Source of the DNA: an uncultured Candidatus Saccharibacteria bacterium
GTDB taxonomy: Bacteria > Patescibacteriota > Minisyncoccia > 2-02-FULL-40-12
Length of the DNA stretch: 64,000 nt
Assembly: GCA_964368135.1 (NCBI GenBank)
Contig: CAYIZI010000002.1
Span: forward strand, 16,241-80,240
Direction: 5' to 3'
In this document: piece after piece, positions 54,900 to 64,000 of the stretch
Position numbering within the stretch: the first letter of the stretch is position 1
Layout: each line of letters starts with the position of its first letter
Position numbers and translations under genes: made by a program
Notes under the pieces: generated by a model
Told to the model about the DNA's origin: nothing
Database searches by the model: none
Seen by the model: only the letters and a program-made list of their open reading frames with translations

Positions 54900-56953
54900 C
54901 TTAGTGATTTAATGAAAATTTCAGAATCATCGGCATAGGCCGGGTCAAGCTCGGCCGCTTTTTGAGCATACTCAATCGCTTTTTCTTTCTCTCCTATCTT
55001 GGCATAGGTTGCCGCCAAAGAAGCATGAAGCTGGGCGTTTTTCGGCCTAAAGCGTCTAATGGCATAATGTTCGTATAAATAAGCAACTCTCTTATAATTT
55101 TCTCTCCTAATTTCAATGTCAATCATTTTCATTGTGTCGGTAAAAGATAAAATCCAAGGATAGTCTTTTTCAGCTTCCATAATCAGTTTATAACCGGTGT
55201 TAAAATTTCCAAAATCAATATAAAGCATGGCTTTCTGCCAGTACGATTCATCTGACTTTGGATTTAAAGATATCGCCAAATCGCTTATCTTTACGGCTTC
55301 TTCAAAATTTCCCTGCCCGGCTTTGGCAATAGCCAGCTGATAGTAAATCTGCTGGTGCCCAGGAAACTGGCTTTGGGCTTTTTTAATCACTTCTTCTGAT
55401 TTAGTATAAAATTCTTTATCAATCAATTTACCGGCCTGATTATTTAATGCTGAGGAAAAAATGTACCATATCAGATTATCGGGATCTTTGGCTAATATTT
55501 TACTAACTTTATCCAAGGAAGATAAAATTTCCATTTTCAATTCTTCATCTAATTCCTCGGCAATAACCGTCTTGTCCAATGTCGCCGAAGCAAACCGTTT
55601 AACTTTAAGCTGTTCCAAGGCTGGGTTGCCAAAACCAAACTGCAAAATAAAAATTAAAAGTAAAAAAATAATAAATACTGGGAATAAAAAACTTTTCCTT
55701 GTTAACCAACTGAAATTTAAATCCTCATTCCGGCTAATAAAAGCAGTCACCAGAAAAAACAACAAAAGACTTGAAAGTGAGTCAAAAATGAAAAGATTAT
55801 GAATAAATAAACCGGCAAATAAAGGGGTAAAAAAAAATAGATCTTTTTTCATAGTTGCGTAAAAAATAGAAAACCATACTAATAAATAAGCGGTCAGACC
55901 AAAAATTCCGGTGGTAGCAAGAATTTCCAAAAAAACATTATGAGCCCGGTCAAATACGTTTTCTTTAAAAGAATTTATAAAAAGAGAGGGATTGAAATTT
56001 TTGTAATAAACAAGAACAAAATTTTCAGGTCCCCAGCCAAGCAAAGGCATATCTTTGAAACCATTTATCGCCATTTTCCAAACCTCCAGCCGATTTGAGA
56101 TAGTACTGCCTTGGCTAAAACTTATATCTGACAACCTGCCTAAAATAAAATTGGACCTTAAAAACTCAATATTCCGGACAGTAAAAAAGCCGACAAAAAT
56201 TAAAAGTAAAACAAGAAAAACAGCGGCTAAATATTTTGGCTGATAATACTTTTTGATGTATAAAAACAGAAAAATTATAAAACCGACAGCCAATCCGAGC
56301 ACCGCTCCTCTGACTGCCGTTAGAATAACCGATAAAGATAAAAACAAAAACAAAAGAGCATAAAATATTTTCTTTTTTTTATTGAATGCTTCTTCAAAAA
56401 ACCATAAGGACAGAAAAGAATGAATTAATAGATAGCCGGCAAGTAGCGCCGGATTGCCCAAAGTGCCAAAAATCCTTTTGCTGTCGGAAAACTGCCTGAA
56501 ATAGCCGTAAAATACTTCGGCCACAAGAGCGGTAAAAACCCCAACCAATAACGAAAATTTTAAAAGCAGGTCCCAGTCGGATTTTGATTTAAACACGCCG
56601 GAAGCAACCAGAAATAAAACAAAAAAGTAAAGCAAATTCAGAAGGCCGATAGAGCCGCGGCTATAGTTGCCCCAGATGCTTCGTTGAATTTCAGTGCTGA
56701 ATAAAACTGATAAAGCATAAACTGATACAAAAATGGTTAGGGATAGGGTTATGAAATTTAATTTGGGCAGAAAACTTTTGTCTCTTCTTACTAAAAATAG
56801 ATAGAAAATAAGAATCAAAAGAGAAAGGGTCCTAAAATAAAAAACTTTTCCGGAATAAAAAGCTGAAGTTGATTGGGGTAAAACAATTAAAGGCAGAAAT
56901 AGAATTAATACGAAAAGAAAAGATATTACTGATTTATACAGATTGGTTTTCAT
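54896..56953 (-). CDS. O-antigen ligase/O-OTase family protein with TPR tail
   Basis: GTLGNP, TAVRGA, GWGPENF, DRAHN and TPRs; paralog of 10397-12643. Confidence 0.85.
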   Translation of the reverse strand: MKTNLYKSVISFLFVLILFLPLIVLPQSTSAFYSGKVFYFRTLSLLILIFYLFLVRRDKSFLPKLNFITLSLTIFVSVYALSVLFSTEIQRSIWGNYSRGSIGLLNLLYFFVLFLVASGVFKSKSDWDLLLKFSLLVGVFTALVAEVFYGYFRQFSDSKRIFGTLGNPALLAGYLLIHSFLSLWFFEEAFNKKKKIFYALLFLFLSLSVILTAVRGAVLGLAVGFIIFLFLYIKKYYQPKYLAAVFLVLLLIFVGFFTVRNIEFLRSNFILGRLSDISFSQGSTISNRLEVWKMAINGFKDMPLLGWGPENFVLVYYKNFNPSLFINSFKENVFDRAHNVFLEILATTGIFGLTAYLLVWFSIFYATMKKDLFFFTPLFAGLFIHNLFIFDSLSSLLLFFLVTAFISRNEDLNFSWLTRKSFLFPVFIIFLLLIFILQFGFGNPALEQLKVKRFASATLDKTVIAEELDEELKMEILSSLDKVSKILAKDPDNLIWYIFSSALNNQAGKLIDKEFYTKSEEVIKKAQSQFPGHQQIYYQLAIAKAGQGNFEEAVKISDLAISLNPKSDESYWQKAMLYIDFGNFNTGYKLIMEAEKDYPWILSFTDTMKMIDIEIRRENYKRVAYLYEHYAIRRFRPKNAQLHASLAATYAKIGEKEKAIEYAQKAAELDPAYADDSEIFIKSLR

Positions 56954-58211
56954 AATTTTTGATTATCGCTAATGATATGCCGGCAAAAATCCATAAATAT
57001 TTGGTGAAAAGAAAATCATGAAACAAACCGTCAACCAAAATAGCCGTCATTATCCCGACCAAACTAAGAGCCAAATAATTCTCGTCCTTAATTCTCATCA
57101 AGCCTCTGAAAATCAGATAAATAAAAATTAAAAGGGGCAGTAAACCAAAAATACCTCCTGAGGTAAGAGCGGCAAGATAGGTACTATGCGAATTAACCTC
57201 GTCCCGCCATTCAATATTTTCAATATCGGGCCGGAACTCTCTCCAGTTTTTTTCAAAACCTTTATGACCCAAACCGATGAGGAAGGTCTGCGGCGACTGA
57301 AAAACCATATCTTTGGCCGCCACCAAAAAAGCATAACGGCTTCTGACTGAAAAATGACCTGGATTAAATACTACTTCTTTTGCGATTTGGGTAGAACTTT
57401 TCCCTGCTCCGTACTCATAGTTTCCAGCTCCTTTTTTAAAAGGAAGGTAAAAAACTAAAATAACTAAAAATAAGGCGACAACTGAGTAAGTAGTGAGTTT
57501 TCTTCGATAGCTTGAGGGGGTGATTATAAATAGAAAAATAAAAGAAACAAATAAAGCCAGCCAAGCCCCTCTGGAAAAGGTCAGTAAAAGAGCAATGGCA
57601 CTTAAAAAGAAAGTCAATAACCAAGTCTTTCTTTCATTTTTAGAACTGTAAATAAAAAAAACTAAAAATAAAGGCAAGGCAATAGCTAAATGCAAACCGA
57701 ATAAAGAAGGATAATTGGTAAAGCCGGTGGCAAAATAAGTCGTTTCTTCGTAGCCGAAATACTTTGCAATATAAGTAAAATCTCCTATGTAAAACTGAAG
57801 AATCCCTAAAATTGCGGCGGTTATCGTAAACCAAGCGAAGACTTTAAAAAATTTTCCTAAATACTCCTGTTGGAGAAAGGAAAAAAGATAGGTAACGGCC
57901 AGTAAGGAAAACAAAGAAAAAGAAGCTTTAAAAAACGGGCCGTTATTTATCAGGGTGCTTAAAAATAAAATCCCGCTGAAGATTATTAAATAATTAAAAA
58001 GGGACGGCCAATATATTTTCCTTTCAATCAGCTGTTTTAAACCAAATAATAAAACGGCGGTTATAAGCAAAATCTGGGTTATAAAAAACGGTTTCCCAAA
58101 AAATTCAAAACTGATATTTGGAAAGTAGGGAAACAGAAAATAACTTAAAGCGATTAAAATCACGAGCCACTGAATGAAACTTTCTTTGATAAAAATTTTT
58201 AATATCTTCAT
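56934..58211 (-). CDS. O-antigen ligase/Wzy-like membrane protein
   Basis: TFSRGAW, GLG and NSHSTYL..GGIFG; multiple TMs. Confidence 0.82.
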   Translation of the reverse strand: MKILKIFIKESFIQWLVILIALSYFLFPYFPNISFEFFGKPFFITQILLITAVLLFGLKQLIERKIYWPSLFNYLIIFSGILFLSTLINNGPFFKASFSLFSLLAVTYLFSFLQQEYLGKFFKVFAWFTITAAILGILQFYIGDFTYIAKYFGYEETTYFATGFTNYPSLFGLHLAIALPLFLVFFIYSSKNERKTWLLTFFLSAIALLLTFSRGAWLALFVSFIFLFIITPSSYRRKLTTYSVVALFLVILVFYLPFKKGAGNYEYGAGKSSTQIAKEVVFNPGHFSVRSRYAFLVAAKDMVFQSPQTFLIGLGHKGFEKNWREFRPDIENIEWRDEVNSHSTYLAALTSGGIFGLLPLLIFIYLIFRGLMRIKDENYLALSLVGIMTAILVDGLFHDFLFTKYLWIFAGISLAIIKNYENQSV

Positions 58212-59257
58212 CCCATTATTGCTGCTAAGTTATTCAAAATATTCTGAATATTATGCCGTTTAATTACTTGACTTCTTAAAAAGGGGCCTATTGAAATCGG
58301 GTTTTTCAGATATAATTCAATTTTATTGCTTAAATCAGCCGGGTCGTTCCACTGAAAAATAAATTTATCCTGATAACTCCCGAGATCCTGGGCAAATCCT
58401 TTATTGGCAACAAAAATTACAACCCCAGAAGCCATTGCCTCAAGAACCACTTTGTCCAGGCCTCCGGTTGGTGAGCCATTAATTAAAATGTCGGTTTCCT
58501 GATAAACGGGCGGCAACTGATTATAAGGTATGTAATCTAAAATATCTACATTTTTCTGGAGTTTTAAACTATTAATTAAATCTTTTAATTGCTGAAGGTA
58601 CTGGCCGTCTTTTGGATAAATCGGCCGGCCAATTATTTTTAATTTAACATTATAGCCCTTCTTTTTTAAGATACTCATTGTTTTGATTATGGTAATGTAA
58701 TCTTTTATCGGCGAAATTCGGCCTATTGAGGTAATCCGCCAAATTTTACTTTTATCAAAAACATCCTCTTGAGGTTTTAATTTAAAATAATCTGTATCTA
58801 TGCCGTGGCCAGTTACTATCTTTTTAGAAGTCCTTAAAGTAAGACTTGACTCCGAAGAAGTTAATATTTTATCGGATAAAAAAGCAGCCGCCCTTAATTT
58901 AAATGAAGTTTTACGGTGGCTGTACCATAAAATTATTTTTTTTCTGAAAATTTTAGCGGCAGGCCAAGACAAAATTACGAAAATCGGCGACATATGAGCG
59001 AAAATTGCTTGGCTTTTAGGCGTTAATCTAAACAAATATTTATAAAATCTCCGAAACTTTTTTATTTTCGAGGCACCAATCTCATAGCCAAGAGAGTAAA
59101 TAAAAACATTGGAAGGCAAATTATAATTCCCTTTCCCGATTGTTATTACGAAAACTTTATTGAAATGGCGGGAAAATTCTCTTAACCAACCAACAAAAAA
59201 TCCCCGCAAGTCATCTGTTTCGTCAACTCGTTGAGCAATAACTAAAAGATTTTTCAT
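58208..59257 (-). CDS. GT4 glycosyltransferase
   Basis: Motifs GRISPIKD and DKVVLEAMASG. Confidence 0.9.
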   Translation of the reverse strand: MKNLLVIAQRVDETDDLRGFFVGWLREFSRHFNKVFVITIGKGNYNLPSNVFIYSLGYEIGASKIKKFRRFYKYLFRLTPKSQAIFAHMSPIFVILSWPAAKIFRKKIILWYSHRKTSFKLRAAAFLSDKILTSSESSLTLRTSKKIVTGHGIDTDYFKLKPQEDVFDKSKIWRITSIGRISPIKDYITIIKTMSILKKKGYNVKLKIIGRPIYPKDGQYLQQLKDLINSLKLQKNVDILDYIPYNQLPPVYQETDILINGSPTGGLDKVVLEAMASGVVIFVANKGFAQDLGSYQDKFIFQWNDPADLSNKIELYLKNPISIGPFLRSQVIKRHNIQNILNNLAAIMG

Positions 59258-60375
59258 TTTATCAAGGATAGTAGCCCCTCGGCATAATTTTTAATGGCGG
59301 CCTTTTTCTCAAAATTCTTAACAATTTCCAGGCCAGCGACACTGTACTTTTTATAATCTTCGAGATTATTAAGTAACTCAAAAGCTTTCTCGGCAATGTC
59401 ATTTCCATCCCAATTAATTATTCGGCCGGATTTTTTATCTTCAATAATGTCTGGAATAATCCCAACCGGAGTGGCAATTACCGGTATCCCGCAAGCCATC
59501 GCTTCAAGAAGGGTTCTTGGACCACCTTCATTATAGGAAGGGACAATTAATATTTTAGATTGATTCATTAATTTTGCTATTTCTTCTGGATCTTTGGCCC
59601 AACCGTAAAACATAACATTGTCTTTCAATTCTAACCTCTCGCTTCTAACTTCTAACTTCTTTTTTTCTGGGCCATCGCCGACAATCAATAATTTGGTATC
59701 CCGCATATTATATTTAATATTTAATATTTTTAGAGAATCAATTAATAGATTTAATCCTTTGTTTTTTACTAAACGACCAACAAAGATTAAGTCGTATTTT
59801 TTGCCCAAGTTTAGAGGTTTAAAAGTATCTAAATCAATATAAAAAGAAGGGATATAGGCAATTTTTCCTTCAGACACTCCTGATTCTAATAAAAATTCTC
59901 TGACTTGTTTTTTATTCACTACCCTCACTGCTTTTACTTTTAAAGAATCATATTTAATAAAAAGACGGGTCAGCCAGCGATAAAGTTTTTCTTTAAAATC
60001 TGCAGCTTTGGGATAGCCGGGAATATGATGAATTTCAAGTACATAGGGAACTTTTATTTTCTGCCAAAGCAATCTTGCGCCTATTCCATTATAAAAAGGG
60101 GGGTATTCATGAACCGTCATCAAATCAAATTTCTGGTCTCTGTAAATTTCCTGACCTCTTTTTAAAATCCAAAAGGGCTGCCAAATCTTTGGCCAGGGCG
60201 AAGGATGAATAAAAACATTACCAAAATAATTTGCCGATAAATGGGGAGAAGAAACCTTGGGAATAATAATATCAATTCTGTCCCAGTATTTATGAAATTC
60301 TTCCAAAGTATTATAAAAAGCGCCGCGTTTAACCTCGGCTAAAGATTTATCTCCTGAAATCATTAATAATTTCAT
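59254..60375 (-). CDS. GT4 glycosyltransferase
   Basis: Motifs VGRLVKNKG and EGGPRTLLEAMACG. Confidence 0.9.
   Translation of the reverse strand: MKLLMISGDKSLAEVKRGAFYNTLEEFHKYWDRIDIIIPKVSSPHLSANYFGNVFIHPSPWPKIWQPFWILKRGQEIYRDQKFDLMTVHEYPPFYNGIGARLLWQKIKVPYVLEIHHIPGYPKAADFKEKLYRWLTRLFIKYDSLKVKAVRVVNKKQVREFLLESGVSEGKIAYIPSFYIDLDTFKPLNLGKKYDLIFVGRLVKNKGLNLLIDSLKILNIKYNMRDTKLLIVGDGPEKKKLEVRSERLELKDNVMFYGWAKDPEEIAKLMNQSKILIVPSYNEGGPRTLLEAMACGIPVIATPVGIIPDIIEDKKSGRIINWDGNDIAEKAFELLNNLEDYKKYSVAGLEIVKNFEKKAAIKNYAEGLLSLIK
59629..59660 (-). repeat. In-frame heptamer repeat (GTTAGAA)n
   Basis: Plus strand ttctaac ctctcgc ttctaac ttctaac ttct, translated as KLEVRSERLE. Confidence 0.8.
59690..59731 (-). 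repeat. Degenerate in-frame heptamer repeat (TTAAATA)n
   Basis: Coding strand AAAAATA TTAAATA TTAAATA TAATATG CGGGATA CCAAATT, translated as KILNIKYNMRDTK. Confidence 0.6.
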
Positions 60376-61553
60376 CGAGTTAAGGCGGCTGCAGTTTCTT
60401 TTGTCATTTTATCAACGTTGAATTTTTTGGCTGTTTTCTTACCCTCTTCTATAAATTTATCTCTTATGTCTTCGTGCTCAAAAATTGCCTTAATCGCCTC
60501 AACTAAGTTTAATTCGTCATTATACTTGACCATAAAACCGTTTCCGCCTTGTTTTATAACTTCTGGATTTCCACCGGCATTGGTGGTAATCACCGGCACT
60601 CCGACAGCCATGGCTTCCAGAATCTGATGGGAGAAACCCTCATAGGCCGTATTCAAAACGAACATATCCGCCGCCGCCAAGTAAGTTTTAAGCTCCTCTT
60701 GCGACTTTCTACCGACTATATAGACTTTATTGTTTAAGCCTAAATTATTTTTCATCAATTCCAAATTTTCTTTTTCTGGACCATCACCAACTATAACTAA
60801 TCTCAAAAATTGATTCTCTTTTAAAAGTTCAGGCATTATTTTTATGAGCATCTTAAAGCCCTTCCAGGGAACTAATCTTCCGGCTGACAAAATAATACTG
60901 CCGGAAATTCCGATCTTTTCTCTGGCTTTTTCTTTTTCCAGGTTTAACGGCTTAAAATCCGTACCGTTATAAATAACCTTGATTTTCTCAGGCTTTACTC
61001 CCCAGTACCGAACAACTTTTGCCAAAAAACGAGATGGAACAACAACCATATCGGCTGCTTGGCAAACTCTTTCCTGGATTTTTCTCAAAGTATTAAATTT
61101 ACCTGATAATTTTTTATTTTGAAAATCAATTACTTCAGTAATCTCGTTTTTTGAATTTTGAACATGGTATTGTTCCCAGGAGTAATCGCCGGTTATCTTA
61201 ACAATTAACCTCTTCTTTAAAAATTTATTGGCTAAGTAACTCGGATAGCCTGAACTCACCGGCCCTTGGGCGTAAATAAGACTGCTATCTTTTGCTACTT
61301 TTAACAATTTCATCATATATCGAAAGTAAGTAAAGATTTTGGGCGGAAAGTTTTTTATACGGTGAACTTTAAAATTAAGCTCTTTATCTTCGGGAAACTT
61401 TCTTTTTATAGAACGGACAACCACATCTACTCCAAAACCAGCCCCAATGAGTTTTGGTGTTATTTGTCTGATATAACTTGATGGCCCGCCGATATCAGGC
61501 CAAAAATTTCCTGCTGCAATAGTGATTTTCTTTTTAACTGATACTTGCTTCAT
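60372..61553 (-). CDS. GT4 glycosyltransferase
   Basis: Motifs PDIGGP, AGRLVPWKG and EGFSHQILEAMAVG. Confidence 0.9.
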   Translation of the reverse strand: MKQVSVKKKITIAAGNFWPDIGGPSSYIRQITPKLIGAGFGVDVVVRSIKRKFPEDKELNFKVHRIKNFPPKIFTYFRYMMKLLKVAKDSSLIYAQGPVSSGYPSYLANKFLKKRLIVKITGDYSWEQYHVQNSKNEITEVIDFQNKKLSGKFNTLRKIQERVCQAADMVVVPSRFLAKVVRYWGVKPEKIKVIYNGTDFKPLNLEKEKAREKIGISGSIILSAGRLVPWKGFKMLIKIMPELLKENQFLRLVIVGDGPEKENLELMKNNLGLNNKVYIVGRKSQEELKTYLAAADMFVLNTAYEGFSHQILEAMAVGVPVITTNAGGNPEVIKQGGNGFMVKYNDELNLVEAIKAIFEHEDIRDKFIEEGKKTAKKFNVDKMTKETAAALTR

Positions 61554-62634
61554 AAACTTTTCTCATTTCTTCGGCTATTTTGTCCCAGTTATATTTTTCT
61601 TTAACTAAACTTTGCCCATTTTTAATTAAATTTTCTCTTAAACTATCATCAGTTAAAATATGAGAAACTTTCTCAGCCAAGCTTTTATGGTTATTTGACT
61701 CACAAAAAAGACCAGTCTCTCTATCTTTAAGAAAGTCGTTAATGCCGCCGACTGGCGTGGCAACTACCGGTAAACCGGCGGCCATGGCTTCTAAAAAAGC
61801 AGTGCCTAAGCCCTCTGACCGAGAAGGCCGGACAAAGACATCAGCCTGAGCTAAATACCCGGGAACCTCTTCATTTGGAATATTGCCAAGAAAGTTTACT
61901 CTATCTGCGACGCCCAACTCTCGGCTTAATTTTTCTAAACTTTTGCGTTCAGGTCCGTCTCCGATAATTCGTAATTCGTAATTCGTAATTGATAAATTTT
62001 TTAATGATTTAATAAGAATATCAATTCCGTTTTTTCTAACCAACCTCGAAACCGTGATTATCACTTTTTCTTTATTGTTTTTCTTATTACTTATTACTTT
62101 TAAATTATTACTTATTGTTGCTCCATTCGGCACAATGTAAAGCGGCGCTTTTTTATTAAATTTTTTGGCAAATTCGGATAGATAACTGCTAATGGCTGTA
62201 ATTGTGTCGGCTTTTCTTATAATTCTTCTCTGCCAAAATCTATCAAAAGGCGAATTGCGGCCTAAATCACCTTCTTGTAAAGTCAAAACAAATGGAACCT
62301 TGGGATAAAAAAATTTAAAAAGGTAGGCCGCGGCCGAACCTTGCGAAGCCATCATCCCGTGAATTAAATCATATTTCTTAACTTTATGTAGATTTATGGC
62401 TTTCAGAAAACCCAAATTCGGCAAAAGCGGTTTGTCTAAAAATCTGTTGCCGGCGCCGATGCGGTAGACATTAACATTGCCGATTTTTTCAAAATCAGGC
62501 AGGCCTCTCTTTAGCTTGGCGGTTATTAAATCAAACTCTATATTGATCAGTCGGCCGGTTATTTCTTTTACGGCTAACTCCGCTCCGCCGACAAATGGCA
62601 GATAAGCCGTTGAAAAAAGTAAAATTTTCATCAT
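61534..62634 (-). CDS. GT4 glycosyltransferase
   Basis: Motifs PFVGGAE, SRLVRKNG and EGLGTAFLEAMAAG; likely start MMKILLF. Confidence 0.9.
   Translation of the reverse strand: MMKILLFSTAYLPFVGGAELAVKEITGRLINIEFDLITAKLKRGLPDFEKIGNVNVYRIGAGNRFLDKPLLPNLGFLKAINLHKVKKYDLIHGMMASQGSAAAYLFKFFYPKVPFVLTLQEGDLGRNSPFDRFWQRRIIRKADTITAISSYLSEFAKKFNKKAPLYIVPNGATISNNLKVISNKKNNKEKVIITVSRLVRKNGIDILIKSLKNLSITNYELRIIGDGPERKSLEKLSRELGVADRVNFLGNIPNEEVPGYLAQADVFVRPSRSEGLGTAFLEAMAAGLPVVATPVGGINDFLKDRETGLFCESNNHKSLAEKVSHILTDDSLRENLIKNGQSLVKEKYNWDKIAEEMRKVYEASIS
61965..61990 (-). repeat. In-frame heptamer repeat (GAATTAC)x3.7
   Basis: Plus strand taattcg x3 + taatt, translated as ITNYELRII. Confidence 0.9.
62083..62117 (-). 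repeat. In-frame heptamer repeat (TAATAAG)x5, degenerate
   Basis: Plus strand cttatta cttatta cttttaa attatta cttattg, translated as ISNNLKVISNK. Confidence 0.8.
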
Positions 62635-62668
62635 TGATTTATTTTTTTGTTTTACTATAATGTCATAA

Positions 62669-63880
62669 ATGATTGATAAAATCAATCAGGTTGCGAATAT
62701 AAATAACCCCAAGAAAAGGGTTTTATTTATCATCACTAAATCCGAATTAGGCGGCTCTCAAAGATTTCTATACGAATTTACTACCCGGCTTAACCCTCAA
62801 AAATATGATATAGGTGTGGCCGCCGGACCAGAAGGAAACTGGGATTTGCTTAATCGGCTTAATAAAAAAGGAATCAAAACATTTAAACTTGAGTATCTGC
62901 GCCGGGAAGTCAGTCCACTTTACGATATTCCGGCAGTTTTTGAACTGATAAATTTAATAAATAAATTTAAACCCGAATATCTTCATTTAAACAGTTCTAA
63001 AACCGGGGTGCTGGGCAGCATCGCAAATCAGATACTAAAAATAATCAAGCTAAAACAATATAAAAAAATGAAACTAATCTACCGAATCGGCGGCTGGGCA
63101 TTTAATGACCCTTCTTTTGGCTGGAAAAGGAAAGTGTGGCTCGCGGCCGAAAAGGTAACTGCCGGATTTAAAGACATAATCATTACCGAAAGCGGACCAG
63201 ACGAAATTCAGGCAAAAAAATTAGGAATAAAACCAAAAATTGAAGTTAAAACAATCCACAACGGAATTGATGCTTTGAGAATGGAATTTTTGGAAAAAGA
63301 AACGGCAAAATTATACTTATTTAAAAATATCGGAAAGAGACACGGAAAAATTTTCCAAAAAAGATACAGTATCGGAACCATTGCTAATTTTTATCCCACC
63401 AAAGGGCTGGAATATTTAATTGAAGCAATGCGAATTTTAAAAAACACAGACTTCAACCTGATAATCATCGGCGACGGCCTGGAAAGAAAAAAACTTGAAT
63501 CTAAAATCGCGGAGTATGAACTGAAAAATGACATAATTTTAGCGGGTCAAATTCAAGATGCTTACAAATACCTAAAGGCCTTTGACATTTTTATTTTGTC
63601 TTCAATTAAAGAGGGATTTCCTTGGGTGATCCTGGAAGCCATGGCCGCAAAACTGCCGATTATTGCTACTCGCGTTGGAGCCCTGGAAGAAATGCTTGAA
63701 AACGGCAAGAGCGGGATTTTGGTTGAATCGAAAAATCCTCGGCAGATGGCTGAAGCAATAAAATATCTTCTGGAGAACGAAACAGTTAGACAAGAAATAG
63801 CCATTCAAACTCATCAGACAGTTTTATTTAAATTCACTATGGAAAAGATGGTGAGAGAGACAGAAGAACTCTTTAATTAG
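62669..63880 (+). CDS. GT4 glycosyltransferase
   Basis: Motifs ITKSELGGSQ, ANFYPTKG and EGFPWVILEAMAA; TATAAT-7 nt-ATG leaderless-type start. Confidence 0.9.
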   Translation: MIDKINQVANINNPKKRVLFIITKSELGGSQRFLYEFTTRLNPQKYDIGVAAGPEGNWDLLNRLNKKGIKTFKLEYLRREVSPLYDIPAVFELINLINKFKPEYLHLNSSKTGVLGSIANQILKIIKLKQYKKMKLIYRIGGWAFNDPSFGWKRKVWLAAEKVTAGFKDIIITESGPDEIQAKKLGIKPKIEVKTIHNGIDALRMEFLEKETAKLYLFKNIGKRHGKIFQKRYSIGTIANFYPTKGLEYLIEAMRILKNTDFNLIIIGDGLERKKLESKIAEYELKNDIILAGQIQDAYKYLKAFDIFILSSIKEGFPWVILEAMAAKLPIIATRVGALEEMLENGKSGILVESKNPRQMAEAIKYLLENETVRQEIAIQTHQTVLFKFTMEKMVRETEELFN

Positions 63881-64000
63881 TTCTCATCTTAGATAAAATT
63901 TCTTTTATCGCCGCTTCAACTTCACTGTCGCGGCCAGAAGCAAAATCTAATCCTGACTCAAGATTTTGAACGGCCAAATCAAAATTATTTGTGGCAAGAT
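63873..64000 (-). CDS. 3' end of an unknown gene entering from outside the window
   Basis: Open frame ...LATNNFDLAVQNLESGLDFASGRDSEVEAAIKEILSKMRTN* convergent on the last GT4. Confidence 0.45.
   Translation of the reverse strand, partial: LATNNFDLAVQNLESGLDFASGRDSEVEAAIKEILSKMRTN

Noticed and set aside
63030-63075. Possible period-8 tract (KIIKLKQYKKMKL) in the last GT4
   Set aside because: Too degenerate to separate from general A-richness by eye.
1-64000. Alternative genetic code 25 (UGA = Gly)
   Set aside because: Conserved genes are full length under code 11 and several end in TGA.

Overview
This 64 kb window looks like part of a Patescibacteria/CPR (Parcubacteria-like) chromosome. That is inferred from gene content, Lys-rich AT-rich genes, near-leaderless promoters and standard genetic code 11. 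The left end carries housekeeping genes: murD, secF, thyX, a dcd-like gene, msrB, a Phd/RelE toxin-antitoxin pair, secA and raiA/hpf. The remaining ~53 kb is a surface-glycan locus. It encodes nonulosonic acid synthesis (NeuB/NeuA plus two KdsC-type phosphatases), GmhA, a split HldE-like kinase/nucleotidyltransferase, orphan PDH-E1 alpha/beta, a YerE-like ThDP enzyme, PAPS synthesis plus a sulfotransferase, RmlAB, Wzx, three ligase/O-OTase-like proteins and many GT4s. Three patterns are not explained by the gene list. (1) A second class of GC-rich, Shine-Dalgarno-led, hairpin-terminated genes, including two B12-radical SAM enzymes, is wedged between AT-rich near-leaderless genes with no integrase in view. 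(2) 7-nt tandem repeats sit in-frame inside unrelated proteins, with the identical GAATTAC unit in murD, secF and a GT4, and other arrays deviate exactly where in-frame stops would arise. (3) A ~187-nt structured element lies between raiA and secA. I saw no rRNA, tRNA, CRISPR array or transposase. All calls come from motif recognition by eye; no searches were run.
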